64,000 nucleotides of DNA from a virus. Position numbers and translations under genes: made by a program. The notes beneath the pieces were generated by a model. That model was not told where the DNA came from, ran no database searches, and saw only the letters and a list, made by a program, of their open reading frames with translations. Shown in pieces: positions 39,758 through 49,950 of the stretch (position 1 is the stretch's first letter; the number at the start of each line of letters is the position of its first letter). The stretch is from IMG/VR virus record IMGVR_UViG_3300045988_057942; one strand, 5' to 3'.

Positions 39758-42700
39758 ATGGCTATATATCAAGGAGATATTGGAATACATGATATTAAAC
39801 TTGGTAGTATAGATGTATTTGAAATATATCAAGGTTCTAAACTTGTTTATCCTGAGAATACTGAAGTTACTGTTACGTTTAAATTGAATGTTTCCGGAAC
39901 TGTTACTATTAATGGTTATACTCCTGTTATAAGTGAAAATAATACTAAATTTGTATTTACTATTCCTGTTAAGACTGATTATACTGCTAATATTACTGCT
40001 GAACATTATAAATCTCAAACTATTAGTGGTAACAGTGGTTATTTACCTATAACTCATAATGTAGAATTAGAATGGGAACAAGAATTTATATCTTATACTG
40101 TTACTTTTCCTACTGATGGAGTTAAAGTTTTATTTGATGGAATAGAAAAAGGAGTTATAACTAATGGTAAGTTAGTTGTATTAATTGATGATATAGAAGC
40201 TAAAGATAGTTATACTGTTACATTTGAAGGTAGTAAAGCTAGTACATATGATACTAGTGGATTAAAAGTAGTAGATAGTAGTATAGCTGCAACTGGTGGT
40301 AGTTATGATTTAAAACTTTCTACTAGTTCTGTTAAGACTGCTTATACACGAACTGACTATGCATCCTCCACGGGGAGTATAACCAAGGGTTCTACTTATA
40401 CTGGTTCTTGGATTGAAACTGTTGTTAATCTTACTGCTAGTTTTACTAGTTCTACTACTTTAGGTTCTATAAGTAATAATGTACTAACTATTGCTAATAA
40501 TGAATCTACTAATACTAAAAGTGGAACTTTAACTGTTATATTTACTTTAGAAAATAAACAAACTAAAGAAGTTAGTGCTGCTTTAAATCAAGCTGCTGGA
40601 GCTAAAGTTTATACTAATTGGGTATTAGATTTACAAACTGATGGAACTAGTGTTGAAGCTAAAGGTGGTACTAGAACAGTTACAGCTAATATTGCTCGTA
40701 GAACTTATAAATGGAATAATACTGGTACTGTTTATAGTGAAACTGCTACTCCTACTCTTAGTATTAGTGGTAGTGCTAGTCTTAGTGGAAATCAAATAAA
40801 ATTTACATCAAACGAGAGCGTTTCAGCCCGTTCTGCGGTACTTACTGCTAGTTATGTAGGATTATCCAAAACGATTACGATAACTCAATCAGCAGGCTCA
40901 AAAGTGTATTCAGCGTGGTCTGCATGGGCTGTTTCTATCTCGGCAAGTACGCAAACGATAGGCGCAAGTGGAGGAACATCAACAATAACTACTAGTGCTA
41001 GTCGTTCTAGAACTTGGACTTGGAATGGAGTTGGAACTACTCATACTGATACTGAAACAGGTACACCTACACTTAGTGGTAGTGCTGGTGGATTTACTTT
41101 AAGTGGTAAAACTGTTACTGCTAGTAACAATACTACAACAAATAGTCGTAGTATAACTATTACTGCTACTAGCAATAATGTTTCTAAGTCTATTACTATA
41201 ACACAATCTGCTGGTGCTAAAGTTTATGGTAATTGGTCTGCTTGGACTGTTAATATTAGTGCTGATAAAACTAGTATTGGAGCAACAGGTGGAACAGCTA
41301 CTATATCAACTAGTGCTAGTAGAACTAGAAGTTATACATGGAATGGTGTTGCCGGTTCTGGTGGTACAGAAACTGGAAATGGTACTCCAACGTTAAGTAA
41401 AGTTAGTGGAAGTGGTAATTGGACTAGTCCTAAAGTTACTTATGGAAATAATACTAGCACAAGTGGTAAATCAACTGTTATTCGTGCTACTATTGATTCA
41501 ACTACTAAAGATATAACTATTAGCCAATCTGCTGGAGCTAAACAATATAGTACTTGGTCTGCATGGACAGTTAATATTTCTAATAGTGGAAATATTGCTG
41601 CTAGTGGAGGTAGTTCAAATATAACTACTTCTGCAAGTAGAACAAGAACTTGGACGTGGAACGGAGTTAATGGAAGTGGTGGAACTGAAACAGGAACTGG
41701 AACTCCTACTCTTAGTAAAATTAGTGGTGCTGGTTCATTTGCTAGTAATAAAGTAACTTATGATAATAATACTTCTACAAGTGCTAGAAGTACAGTTATT
41801 AGAGCTACAATGGATTCTGTAACTAAAGATACTACTGTAACTCAAAATGCTGGTTCTAAAACTTATAGTAGTTGGGGAGCATGGTCTATTAGTTTAAGTG
41901 CTAATGTAACAACTATTGCTGCTGCTGGTGGAAATGCTACATTATCTACTTCTGCTACTAGAAGTCGTACTTGGCAATGGAATGGTACAGGAACAACTTA
42001 TACTGAAAATGCTAGTGGTTCTCCAACATTAAGTAAAGTTAATGGTGCTGCTTCTTTAAGTGGTTCTACTGTTAGTTATGGTAATAATACTTCTACTAGT
42101 TCTCGTAGTTCTGTATTTAGAGCAACAATAGATAGTACTACTAAAGATATAACTATTAGTCAATCTGCTGGGGCTAGAGTATATGGAAGTTGGTCTGGTT
42201 GGACTGTAAGTTGTAGTGCTAGTAATTATAAAGTTTGGGCAGGAGGTGATTCAGTAACTATTTATAGTAGTGCTTCAAGAAATAGAACTTGGACTTGGAA
42301 TGGTGTTGCAGGTTCTGGTGGCACTGAGTCTGATAATGCTACTCCTACTATTTCTGTTACAAGTGGTGTTGGAGTTTTAAGTGGTAATACTTTAACTTTT
42401 AGTAATAACACATCTCCTGATGCTAGAACAACTCGAGTTACTGCTAATTATAACGGAGTTACTGATTATTGTGATATTATGCAATATGGTGGTAATAAAG
42501 TTGCTGGAAGTTGGACATCTTGGCAAGTAACTATATCTGCTAGTCCTATGAATATTGCTGCTGCTGGCGGTAGTTCTACTATTACTTGTAATGCTGTTCG
42601 TACTAGAAATTATACTTGGAATGGGGTGGGTACTACTTATACTGAAACTGAAAATGGTAGTCCAACTTTAAGTAAATCTGGAGATGGTACATTAAGTGGT

Positions 42701-43642
42701 ACTACTAGCGGTAGTAAACTTACTTATGGTAATAGAACTACTACAACAAGTAGAAGTACAACTGTTACTGCAACTTATAATGGAGTTAGTAAATCTATTA
42801 ATATTACACAATCTGCTGGTAGTAAAATTACAGGCAAAATGACATATCATACTGATATTTATGATAGAAATTCATCTAATTATACAGATTATACTAGTTA
42901 TCCTGTAACACATGATATTGGAGGTGAACCTGTTATTTCTGGAGGTGATACAATTATTACTTATTGTAGACTTCGTAAAACACAACCATGGACTTGGAAT
43001 GGTGTTAGTGGTAGTGGCGGAACAGATACTACTTATGCTAGCGCAAAAGATGTAGCTATTGTAAGTCAATCTAACTGTACAACTATTGTTAAAGATATAG
43101 GTAGTAATAATATGATTATGTTTAGTTCTGTTGTTCCCGCTAATTTAAGTAGTAGTGCTCGTACTTGGTATTTTAATTGGAGATGGTTAGGTTCTAATAA
43201 TACTACTATCCGAAATACACAAGCCGCAAATACTTTACGTGGTAGACTTGTTATTAAAAATGATTATTTTACTAGTCAAAATATTGCATTACCTATTTAT
43301 TTAGATAGTGAAAATGTAGATTCAATATATAAAGGAGAAGCAAGTTATAATGATATTAAAAAAACTCCTATTGGTGTTTATGTATATATTCCTACTAATA
43401 TTTCTATAATGAACGCTGGTAAATTGCAATTTTGGTTTGAAAATAAAGATGGTGGTGGCAGTAAATATACTTGTACTTTAAGTAAAGTTAGTACACCTTC
43501 AAATAGTGTTTTTGTATCTAATAATAATAATATTATTACTGTTACTGCTAATACAACTACTTCTTCATTTACTATATTATGTCAATTTACTATTACTTCT
43601 AATAGTACAATATTTAATGTAAGAGTTTTAATTGAACAATGA
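39758..43642 (+). CDS. Large structural protein (1294 aa) with 8 tandem ~105-aa Ig-like/BACON-like repeats (I[ST]QSAGAKVYxxWSAWTV...SRxRTWTWNGVG...TPTLS). In-frame GC-motif (YASSTGSITK).
   Basis: ~315-nt periodicity read from ~40590 to ~43100. Ser/Thr-rich repeats with conserved W positions. Confidence 0.7.
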   Translation: MAIYQGDIGIHDIKLGSIDVFEIYQGSKLVYPENTEVTVTFKLNVSGTVTINGYTPVISENNTKFVFTIPVKTDYTANITAEHYKSQTISGNSGYLPITHNVELEWEQEFISYTVTFPTDGVKVLFDGIEKGVITNGKLVVLIDDIEAKDSYTVTFEGSKASTYDTSGLKVVDSSIAATGGSYDLKLSTSSVKTAYTRTDYASSTGSITKGSTYTGSWIETVVNLTASFTSSTTLGSISNNVLTIANNESTNTKSGTLTVIFTLENKQTKEVSAALNQAAGAKVYTNWVLDLQTDGTSVEAKGGTRTVTANIARRTYKWNNTGTVYSETATPTLSISGSASLSGNQIKFTSNESVSARSAVLTASYVGLSKTITITQSAGSKVYSAWSAWAVSISASTQTIGASGGTSTITTSASRSRTWTWNGVGTTHTDTETGTPTLSGSAGGFTLSGKTVTASNNTTTNSRSITITATSNNVSKSITITQSAGAKVYGNWSAWTVNISADKTSIGATGGTATISTSASRTRSYTWNGVAGSGGTETGNGTPTLSKVSGSGNWTSPKVTYGNNTSTSGKSTVIRATIDSTTKDITISQSAGAKQYSTWSAWTVNISNSGNIAASGGSSNITTSASRTRTWTWNGVNGSGGTETGTGTPTLSKISGAGSFASNKVTYDNNTSTSARSTVIRATMDSVTKDTTVTQNAGSKTYSSWGAWSISLSANVTTIAAAGGNATLSTSATRSRTWQWNGTGTTYTENASGSPTLSKVNGAASLSGSTVSYGNNTSTSSRSSVFRATIDSTTKDITISQSAGARVYGSWSGWTVSCSASNYKVWAGGDSVTIYSSASRNRTWTWNGVAGSGGTESDNATPTISVTSGVGVLSGNTLTFSNNTSPDARTTRVTANYNGVTDYCDIMQYGGNKVAGSWTSWQVTISASPMNIAAAGGSSTITCNAVRTRNYTWNGVGTTYTETENGSPTLSKSGDGTLSGTTSGSKLTYGNRTTTTSRSTTVTATYNGVSKSINITQSAGSKITGKMTYHTDIYDRNSSNYTDYTSYPVTHDIGGEPVISGGDTIITYCRLRKTQPWTWNGVSGSGGTDTTYASAKDVAIVSQSNCTTIVKDIGSNNMIMFSSVVPANLSSSARTWYFNWRWLGSNNTTIRNTQAANTLRGRLVIKNDYFTSQNIALPIYLDSENVDSIYKGEASYNDIKKTPIGVYVYIPTNISIMNAGKLQFWFENKDGGGSKYTCTLSKVSTPSNSVFVSNNNNIITVTANTTTSSFTILCQFTITSNSTIFNVRVLIEQ
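40363..40385 (+). repeat. GC-motif copy (ASSTGS in the 1294-aa repeat protein).
   Basis: Read directly. Confidence 0.7.
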
Positions 43643-43727
43643 TAAGAATACTATTTAATATAACAATATTACTAATACTTATATTGTTTATTTACTCATT
43701 AAAGTTATTTAAATTAATCACATAATT

Positions 43728-45413
43728 ATGAACAATAAACAACTATATGAAAAACTAGGTCAGAATAGTTATGATAAAGTATTTCCTATTACTTATCTTC
43801 AAAATATTCTTGACAAAGATACAAATAATGATTTAACTGTTGTTCTTTCTAGGTTTAATCATTTATGGATTCCATATCAAGGAACTAGAGTTAATACTCG
43901 TAAAGCTGTTCCTGCTATTTTTAGACGTAATAGTCTTACTATAAGTTATTATGACGCAGAACATAATATATCTGTAACTGAAAGTTATATAGGTAGTAAT
44001 ATGCAAGCTGGTGTTGAAGCTAGTTGGGTTTCTGATGATAATTGGACTAAAATTCTTAGTGAAAAATATCTTGAAGAATCTGGTGCTAAAATTCCTATTG
44101 CTGATGGTACTATTGATTGGGATATGCTTAACGAAGCTCTTAAGCAAATGATTGCTGCTGATGGTAAAGTTACTATTATTAATTATCCTGATGAAGAGGA
44201 TATTACTCTTCGATTAACTCCTGGTTGTTGTAATGTAAATCGTCTTAGTCTTAAAGATAGACATTATGAGCCTGAATATAAAAGCGGTAAAGGATATAAA
44301 ATAATTCGCAGGGTTTTACTCCCCGTGGAGGATGATGCTAGTAATGCAGAACAGCTTTTATTTGATGGTTTTCTTGATGATACTTATTGTGAACAATATG
44401 GCCAAATAATTCTTAATACTGATAAGTATGAAGTTATTAAAACAGATTTAGGTAATACTGCTGGTATTTATTATGATACTTATCATAAATTATTTGTTCT
44501 TAGAGTTAAGACTGTTCATGATGGAATTGGTTTTTATAATTATTATACTAGATGGACGATTGTAGAATCTACTGATAGAGTTCATCCTCTACGGGGGGTC
44601 AACACTCCTGTTTATGGAAATAGTGAAGATTATAATATTTATAATACTTGTCTTTCTGATGAACGTCCAAGACTTGGTATTATATATGTTAATTCAGTAG
44701 ATAATATTAAATATTATTTTAATGAAGAAAATCTAGTTCAAGTTAAGAATAATATTTATCTTAATTATAAAGCTGTTCTTACTCAAGATATGGTTAACGA
44801 AGAAAATACTCGTTATATTATTCGTTATGCTTTTGATTTAAGTGGTAAAACTATTACAATGCCTGCTGGATGTGAACTTGTATTTGAAGGTGGTATTATT
44901 GAAAATGGTACTATTGATTTAAATAAATGTAAACTTACAGGTATGGTTGGTGAAGAATCTGAATATCTTCCTAATGTAACTTGTAGTAATTGGGCTGTTG
45001 GTCAAATTGAATATCGTAATGGAAAGATTTGTTATTGGAATGGTAATGAATGGAGAGTAATGGGAGATACTTCTTCATTTGATAGTTATACTAAACAAGA
45101 AATTAATAACTTGCTTAAAAATTATTATACTAAATCTGAAACTTATAATAAAGAAGAAGTTAATAATTTGCTTAATGGATATGTTACTAATAGTACATTT
45201 AATAACTTTAAAGAAGAAATAAATCAAACTATTACTAATAGTGTTAATCTTGATAAGATTCAAAAAGCTATTAATGATGGTTGTGGAGTTAATATGACTA
45301 TGCCTAGTGCAAATAATAATAAACTTAGTCTTCCAATTTGGACAGGAACTGCTACCCAATATGCAACTATTACCCCAGTTGCTGGAATGACTTATAATAT
45401 TGTTGATGAATAA
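43728..45413 (+). CDS. Tail fibre-like protein (561 aa). Contains an inverted GC-motif pair flanking an ~88-aa internal segment.
   Basis: ORF. The N-terminal segment resembles the N-terminus of 34190-36808 (YILQYDY.../YIIRYAF...). Confidence 0.6.
   Translation: MNNKQLYEKLGQNSYDKVFPITYLQNILDKDTNNDLTVVLSRFNHLWIPYQGTRVNTRKAVPAIFRRNSLTISYYDAEHNISVTESYIGSNMQAGVEASWVSDDNWTKILSEKYLEESGAKIPIADGTIDWDMLNEALKQMIAADGKVTIINYPDEEDITLRLTPGCCNVNRLSLKDRHYEPEYKSGKGYKIIRRVLLPVEDDASNAEQLLFDGFLDDTYCEQYGQIILNTDKYEVIKTDLGNTAGIYYDTYHKLFVLRVKTVHDGIGFYNYYTRWTIVESTDRVHPLRGVNTPVYGNSEDYNIYNTCLSDERPRLGIIYVNSVDNIKYYFNEENLVQVKNNIYLNYKAVLTQDMVNEENTRYIIRYAFDLSGKTITMPAGCELVFEGGIIENGTIDLNKCKLTGMVGEESEYLPNVTCSNWAVGQIEYRNGKICYWNGNEWRVMGDTSSFDSYTKQEINNLLKNYYTKSETYNKEEVNNLLNGYVTNSTFNNFKEEINQTITNSVNLDKIQKAINDGCGVNMTMPSANNNKLSLPIWTGTATQYATITPVAGMTYNIVDE
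44318..44338 (-). repeat. GC-motif copy, reverse orientation (LLPVEDD). Left member of an inverted pair.
   Basis: Read directly. Confidence 0.7.
44583..44606 (+). repeat. GC-motif copy (HPLRGVNT). Right member of the inverted pair.
   Basis: Read directly. Confidence 0.7.
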
Positions 45414-46525
45414 TGAGTTTAACTCTTGGACGTGAAGGAGGAATTGCTCAACCTCTTAGAAAGAGAACAGTAGGTCAAACTAATATTGCTCATGTTTATG
45501 ATGGTACTAATCATATTTGGCCTACTTCTGTTATTCATTTTAGTGATTTTACTAGTGTTCAACTTAGATATATTTGGGGTAAAAATGATGGTTCTGATTT
45601 GGATACTAAATCATATTATGTTAATTCTCCTATTGATAGTTTAAACTATTCATCTGTTGGTTTTTCTTGGAGTCAAAGACCTGGTGTTATACCTTATTTA
45701 TATTGGGGTGGTGATAATGTAAATTCTGGTGCTGAATGTATTATGTTCAACATTGAATCTATGATTGAATTAGAAGATAAAATGCCTGATATAATGAAGA
45801 TGAATTTATGTGCTAATTGGTATGGTTCAAAAGGTATTGGAAATGTTACTATTGAATGTACTGCTTATAAAGGAGGAGTTATAGTTTGTGCTTGGCAATT
45901 AACAAATGTTGAAGATGATATTGATAAACGTGGAGAATTTTTATTTCCAACTTCTGATGGTAAAATAGATATGCCTGATTATAGTAATGGAGGTTATAAA
46001 GAATGTTGGTATGGTGAAGTTGTTGAAGCTAGACCTATTGGTGGTGGTCAATCTATATATTTTAGAGTTAATCCTGTTGATGATAGTATTTTTGAACTTC
46101 CTAATATTAAAGTAATTCGTACTGGTAATGGAATGGTACATAAAGATGGTTATTGCTGGTATCAAAATACTCCTAATACTAAGTATAAAGTATGGAATAA
46201 TCAAATAAATCTAAGTGGATATATTAATACTCTTGGTTCTCCTAAGTTAAATATTGATAAAGATGATACTTACGAATATACTTATATGACAGCTTTACTT
46301 AATTCAGATAATACTATTTATAATTCAGAATATAACAATAATTATAAATTTAATTATGGTTTTGTTGCAGGTAATTCTGAATTTAGAGGACAACAAGTTA
46401 TTCAATGTAATGTTGCTAGTCAAACTGGTCCTGCTGATGATGGTAAGACTTCAATTGGTGAAATAAAATATACTAAACTTAACAAAATTGGTGAGTTGAC
46501 AATATATAATCCTATTGAAAGTTAA
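45413..46525 (+). CDS. Hypothetical structural protein (370 aa).
   Basis: ORF. Confidence 0.65.
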   Translation: MSLTLGREGGIAQPLRKRTVGQTNIAHVYDGTNHIWPTSVIHFSDFTSVQLRYIWGKNDGSDLDTKSYYVNSPIDSLNYSSVGFSWSQRPGVIPYLYWGGDNVNSGAECIMFNIESMIELEDKMPDIMKMNLCANWYGSKGIGNVTIECTAYKGGVIVCAWQLTNVEDDIDKRGEFLFPTSDGKIDMPDYSNGGYKECWYGEVVEARPIGGGQSIYFRVNPVDDSIFELPNIKVIRTGNGMVHKDGYCWYQNTPNTKYKVWNNQINLSGYINTLGSPKLNIDKDDTYEYTYMTALLNSDNTIYNSEYNNNYKFNYGFVAGNSEFRGQQVIQCNVASQTGPADDGKTSIGEIKYTKLNKIGELTIYNPIES

Positions 46526-46567
46526 AATAATGTTAATTACCAAACAAAGATAACGGTTTAAGTGTTA

Positions 46568-46610
46568 TAGATTATGTAGTTCAAACTACAAGTATTAATC
46601 TATTTTTTTT
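46568..46610 (+). terminator. AT-rich hairpin (TAGATTA..TGTAGTT caa ACTACA..TAATCTA) followed by T8.
   Basis: Read directly, 40 nt after the stop codon. Confidence 0.55.
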
Positions 46611-46630
46611 AACTTAAACCTTAATTTATT

Positions 46631-47392
46631 ATGCAAGTAATTGAAAAAGTGAAAGTTGTTCCAGAGGGCTATAATGGTGCTGGAATGAATTATGACGGTG
46701 GTAATCGTCGTGATGTAAACGGTAAAGCTAATGCAGGTTTAACTCTTGGTATTATCGGTACTGCACTTGGTGCTTGGGCTTTGTTTGGTAATCGTCGTTC
46801 TAGTGTATTAGGTGGCGCTGGTGGTGGAATGTTAGGTGATGGTTCTACTAATATTAACGTACTTGGTGCTACTGCTGGTAGTGGAAGCGGTGCTCCTACT
46901 GCTTTTCAAGCATGGGAAAAATCTTGTGAAGATACTTTAGCTCTTCAAGGTGGTCTTTATCAATGGGCTTTGACTCAACAGAATCAACGTTTTGAAGATA
47001 GAGAACGATTGAATAGTGAACTGTTTGGTGTTTATATTGATGGACGTAATCGTACTGATGCTCTTATTGAGAAAAATAACACTGACCATTTTAATCTTTA
47101 CAAGTACACTCGTGACGCTGATGATGATATCCGTAAAGAAATATCTGAATTGAAAGCCGAATTAGCTGTTACTAAAGCTATTCGTCCTTATCAGGATAAA
47201 CTTATCCAATGCGAAATGGAAAGAATGTTTACGGCTGGTATCAACTATACTAATCAAAAGACTTGCAATGTTATTTATGGTGTAGTTACTCTTCCGAATG
47301 AACCTACTGTTACTGGTTTAGTTGGACGTAATGCTAACGGTTGTTTACCATGCGGTTTTACTCAAACTGCTAGTACAACTCCTGCTCAGTAA
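46631..47392 (+). CDS. Hypothetical Gly-rich protein (253 aa).
   Basis: ORF. Confidence 0.6.
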   Translation: MQVIEKVKVVPEGYNGAGMNYDGGNRRDVNGKANAGLTLGIIGTALGAWALFGNRRSSVLGGAGGGMLGDGSTNINVLGATAGSGSGAPTAFQAWEKSCEDTLALQGGLYQWALTQQNQRFEDRERLNSELFGVYIDGRNRTDALIEKNNTDHFNLYKYTRDADDDIRKEISELKAELAVTKAIRPYQDKLIQCEMERMFTAGINYTNQKTCNVIYGVVTLPNEPTVTGLVGRNANGCLPCGFTQTASTTPAQ

Positions 47393-47432
47393 TATTACTA
47401 AGTTTGATTAAGAACATAAAATTAGAATAGAT

Positions 47433-47948
47433 ATGATACCTGTTAATCAATTTATACTAGGTGGTAGTGACCCTTTACTATACCCTGGTGAAAAAATGAC
47501 TAATAGCATTGATGAACAAATTGCTTTTCTTCAAAGTCAAAAACAAGCAATTAATGAAGCTTATCGTCGTAATGCTATTCCTAATGCAAATAATGGTACA
47601 ACTCAAAATCAGCAAGTTCCAACTCAAGGAATTTGGGACGCTATTGATGCTGAAATTGCACCACTTACACAAGAACAACAAAATATGCTTCTTAGTAACC
47701 AAGATTATGTAAATAACTATAATGCTTTACAAAGTATGGTTCAAGCAGAAGTTCTTAATTTAGTTAGAGGAAAAATCGAAGCTAGTGCTGATGGCAAACA
47801 TTTACTTGAAGAACAACTTAAACTTGTTAAGTTACTTAAAAGTAAAATTGTTGAAGTTACTAACAAAGAAATGGAATTGTTTAAAGCTTTTAAAGAAGCT
47901 AGTAAAACTAATCCTAATTTAACTTATGAAGAATTTTTAAAGAAGTAA
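47433..47948 (+). CDS. Hypothetical protein (171 aa).
   Basis: ORF. Confidence 0.6.
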   Translation: MIPVNQFILGGSDPLLYPGEKMTNSIDEQIAFLQSQKQAINEAYRRNAIPNANNGTTQNQQVPTQGIWDAIDAEIAPLTQEQQNMLLSNQDYVNNYNALQSMVQAEVLNLVRGKIEASADGKHLLEEQLKLVKLLKSKIVEVTNKEMELFKAFKEASKTNPNLTYEEFLKK

Positions 47949-47952
47949 TATT

Positions 47953-48339
47953 ATGGTTGAAATTGGTAATGTTAAAGAGGTTATTAAAGATTATATTATT
48001 AAACAATTAGTATCTATGGGTGAAAGTTCTCCAGCTATAAGACTTTTAATTCCTTTAGCTAAAAGAGCAATTACTAATAATATTAATAGTTTTGATAAGT
48101 TCTTGAAGCCTATTGCAGATAAAGATGGCATGATTGATATTGAAGGTATATTTGATGAAGAAATGGAAATTATTAATAATATTGATAATTTTGATTTTGA
48201 TATACCTTTTATTGGTGGCGGTAATATTTCTAAAGGTATTATATCTCTTGAAGTTCCTTATGTGAATAAAATTGTTGCTCTTAATCAAACTGATTTAGAA
48301 GTTTTAAAAGAATCATTAATCAGTTTAAAAACAAAGTAA
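47953..48339 (+). CDS. Hypothetical protein (128 aa).
   Basis: ORF. Confidence 0.6.
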   Translation: MVEIGNVKEVIKDYIIKQLVSMGESSPAIRLLIPLAKRAITNNINSFDKFLKPIADKDGMIDIEGIFDEEMEIINNIDNFDFDIPFIGGGNISKGIISLEVPYVNKIVALNQTDLEVLKESLISLKTK

Positions 48340-48343
48340 TATT

Positions 48344-48919
48344 ATGAGAGAAATGCCTTACATTCAACCTTACCATGTTGGTAATCGTCGTGGCGGTAAT
48401 CAAAATATTCTTGATGAATTTCGTGAATTTCTTGATGCACGTGGAGGACGAGGCGGTCGTGGTGGTAGAGGTGGCATGAGAAATCGTATTGGCTATGATA
48501 CTTACGATACTTATGGTCGCTCTACTAATAAAAATGACCGAGAAGAAAAGATTTTAACTATGCTTATGAGCGGTGGATATAATGACGATGGCTATCATTT
48601 TAATGAGTATGAAGCTAAAGAAGTTGTAGAACAAATGTATCATGTTAAAGACAATAAGAAATATATTGGTGAAAAATATGATATGAATAAAGCTCATGAG
48701 ATTTGTGAACGCTATAAAGAAGTATTACCTAATGATGTTGAACCTTGTGATGTTTATGTTGCAATTAACGCTCAATATCATGATTATGCTAAATTATTTG
48801 AAGAATGGTTTGGTGGTAATATAGATAATAAAGTGTTTGAAAGTGCTATTACATTTTGGTTTAAAGATGTAGATTTTGATGGTGATAAAGTGTGGGAATA
48901 TTTTCACATGAATAACTAA
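48344..48919 (+). CDS. Hypothetical protein (191 aa) with RGG/RGGRGG repeats.
   Basis: ORF. RGGRGGRGGRGG is read in the translation. Confidence 0.6.
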   Translation: MREMPYIQPYHVGNRRGGNQNILDEFREFLDARGGRGGRGGRGGMRNRIGYDTYDTYGRSTNKNDREEKILTMLMSGGYNDDGYHFNEYEAKEVVEQMYHVKDNKKYIGEKYDMNKAHEICERYKEVLPNDVEPCDVYVAINAQYHDYAKLFEEWFGGNIDNKVFESAITFWFKDVDFDGDKVWEYFHMNN

Positions 48920-48937
48920 TCATTATTGTAAAACTAT

Positions 48938-48976
48938 AAAAGGGAATTATCTTCGGATAGTTCCCTTTTTTATTTA
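48938..48976 (+). terminator. Canonical intrinsic terminator. Stem AAGGGAATTATC / GATAGTTCCCTT with a TTCG loop, followed by TTTTTTATTT.
   Basis: Read directly, 20 nt after the stop codon. Confidence 0.8.
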
Positions 48977-48989
48977 TCTAAATTTTAGT

Positions 48990-49319
48990 ATGGACAAATT
49001 TATTGATGCAATTGTAGATGGAATCCTTAGTAATTTTGATTTTGGATTTATGTTTATTGTTAATGTTCTAACTTATATTATTATTAAAACTATTGATTAT
49101 TTTAATGGTGATAATAAAGTTCCTACTTGGCAAAAAAGATGTGTATTAGTTATAAGTATTGCTGCTATGATTGGTATTTATATTACAGCTGGTTATGATA
49201 ATACTATTATGCTTGTTAATAGTGCTATTCTTGCTCCTGTGTTTTGGAGTTGGGTTGTTAGTCCTATTCTAAAGAAACTTGGAGTTGGTTATAAAGATAT
49301 TGATAATACTATTGGTTAA
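48990..49319 (+). CDS. Small integral membrane protein (109 aa, ~3 TM).
   Basis: Three hydrophobic stretches. Confidence 0.55.
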   Translation: MDKFIDAIVDGILSNFDFGFMFIVNVLTYIIIKTIDYFNGDNKVPTWQKRCVLVISIAAMIGIYITAGYDNTIMLVNSAILAPVFWSWVVSPILKKLGVGYKDIDNTIG

Positions 49320-49369
49320 GATTGTGTGATGATTATTAGCTAGGTTTGACTGACTAATTCAAGCCTGCT

Positions 49370-49392
49370 CCATCCTCTACGGGGAGTATAGC
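49370..49392 (+). repeat. GC-motif copy. Intergenic, nested within an inverted repeat ATTAGCTAGG...CCTAGCTGATT (49332-49424).
   Basis: Read directly. Confidence 0.7.
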
Positions 49393-49527
49393 TTGCCGAA
49401 TTTGGCTAGTTTTAAGCCTAGCTGATTAGTTATACACGATTGAATAAAAGTCTTACTGTAAGCCTAAAAAGTGGCTCTATGGACGTACATAAATATTTAC
49501 AATATTAAAATTTAAAATAGTAAAGTT

Positions 49528-49869
49528 ATGAGAGTTATTAAGACTAAACATTTTCCTTTTGGTGGTTATAAAGCTATTAATCTTTTTGGTATTGTATTTA
49601 CTAAAGGAGAATTAAGTAATAGAGAACTTAATCATGAAGCTATTCATACAGAACAAATGAAAGAAATGTTATATATCTTTTTCTATATATGGTATGGTAT
49701 TGAATATCTTATTATAAGACTATTTCATATTAAACAACATGATGCTTATAAAGATGTAAGTTTTGAAGAAGAAGCTCATATTAATGATGATAATCTTAAT
49801 TATATTAGTGAACGTAAACATTATACTTGGACTAAATATCTAGGTATTAATAGTTCTAAAACTGCTTAA
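49528..49869 (+). CDS. Small HExxH protein with a TM segment (113 aa; NHEAIHTEQ). Putative zinc metallopeptidase-like.
   Basis: HEAIH is read in the translation. A hydrophobic segment follows. Confidence 0.4.
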   Translation: MRVIKTKHFPFGGYKAINLFGIVFTKGELSNRELNHEAIHTEQMKEMLYIFFYIWYGIEYLIIRLFHIKQHDAYKDVSFEEEAHINDDNLNYISERKHYTWTKYLGINSSKTA

Positions 49870-49950
49870 TTAAAAAATGTTAATAATATTGTTAAACTAC
49901 TTGTTATTAATAATATAATTTATATTTGTAACAAACTAAATTCTAAAGAT

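Noticed and set aside
48344-48919. DFDGD (universal RNAP catalytic-loop-like motif) in a 191-aa protein
   Set aside because: The protein is far too small to be an RNAP subunit and has no other RNAP motifs. Likely a chance match. The 1503-aa protein also lacks DxDGD.
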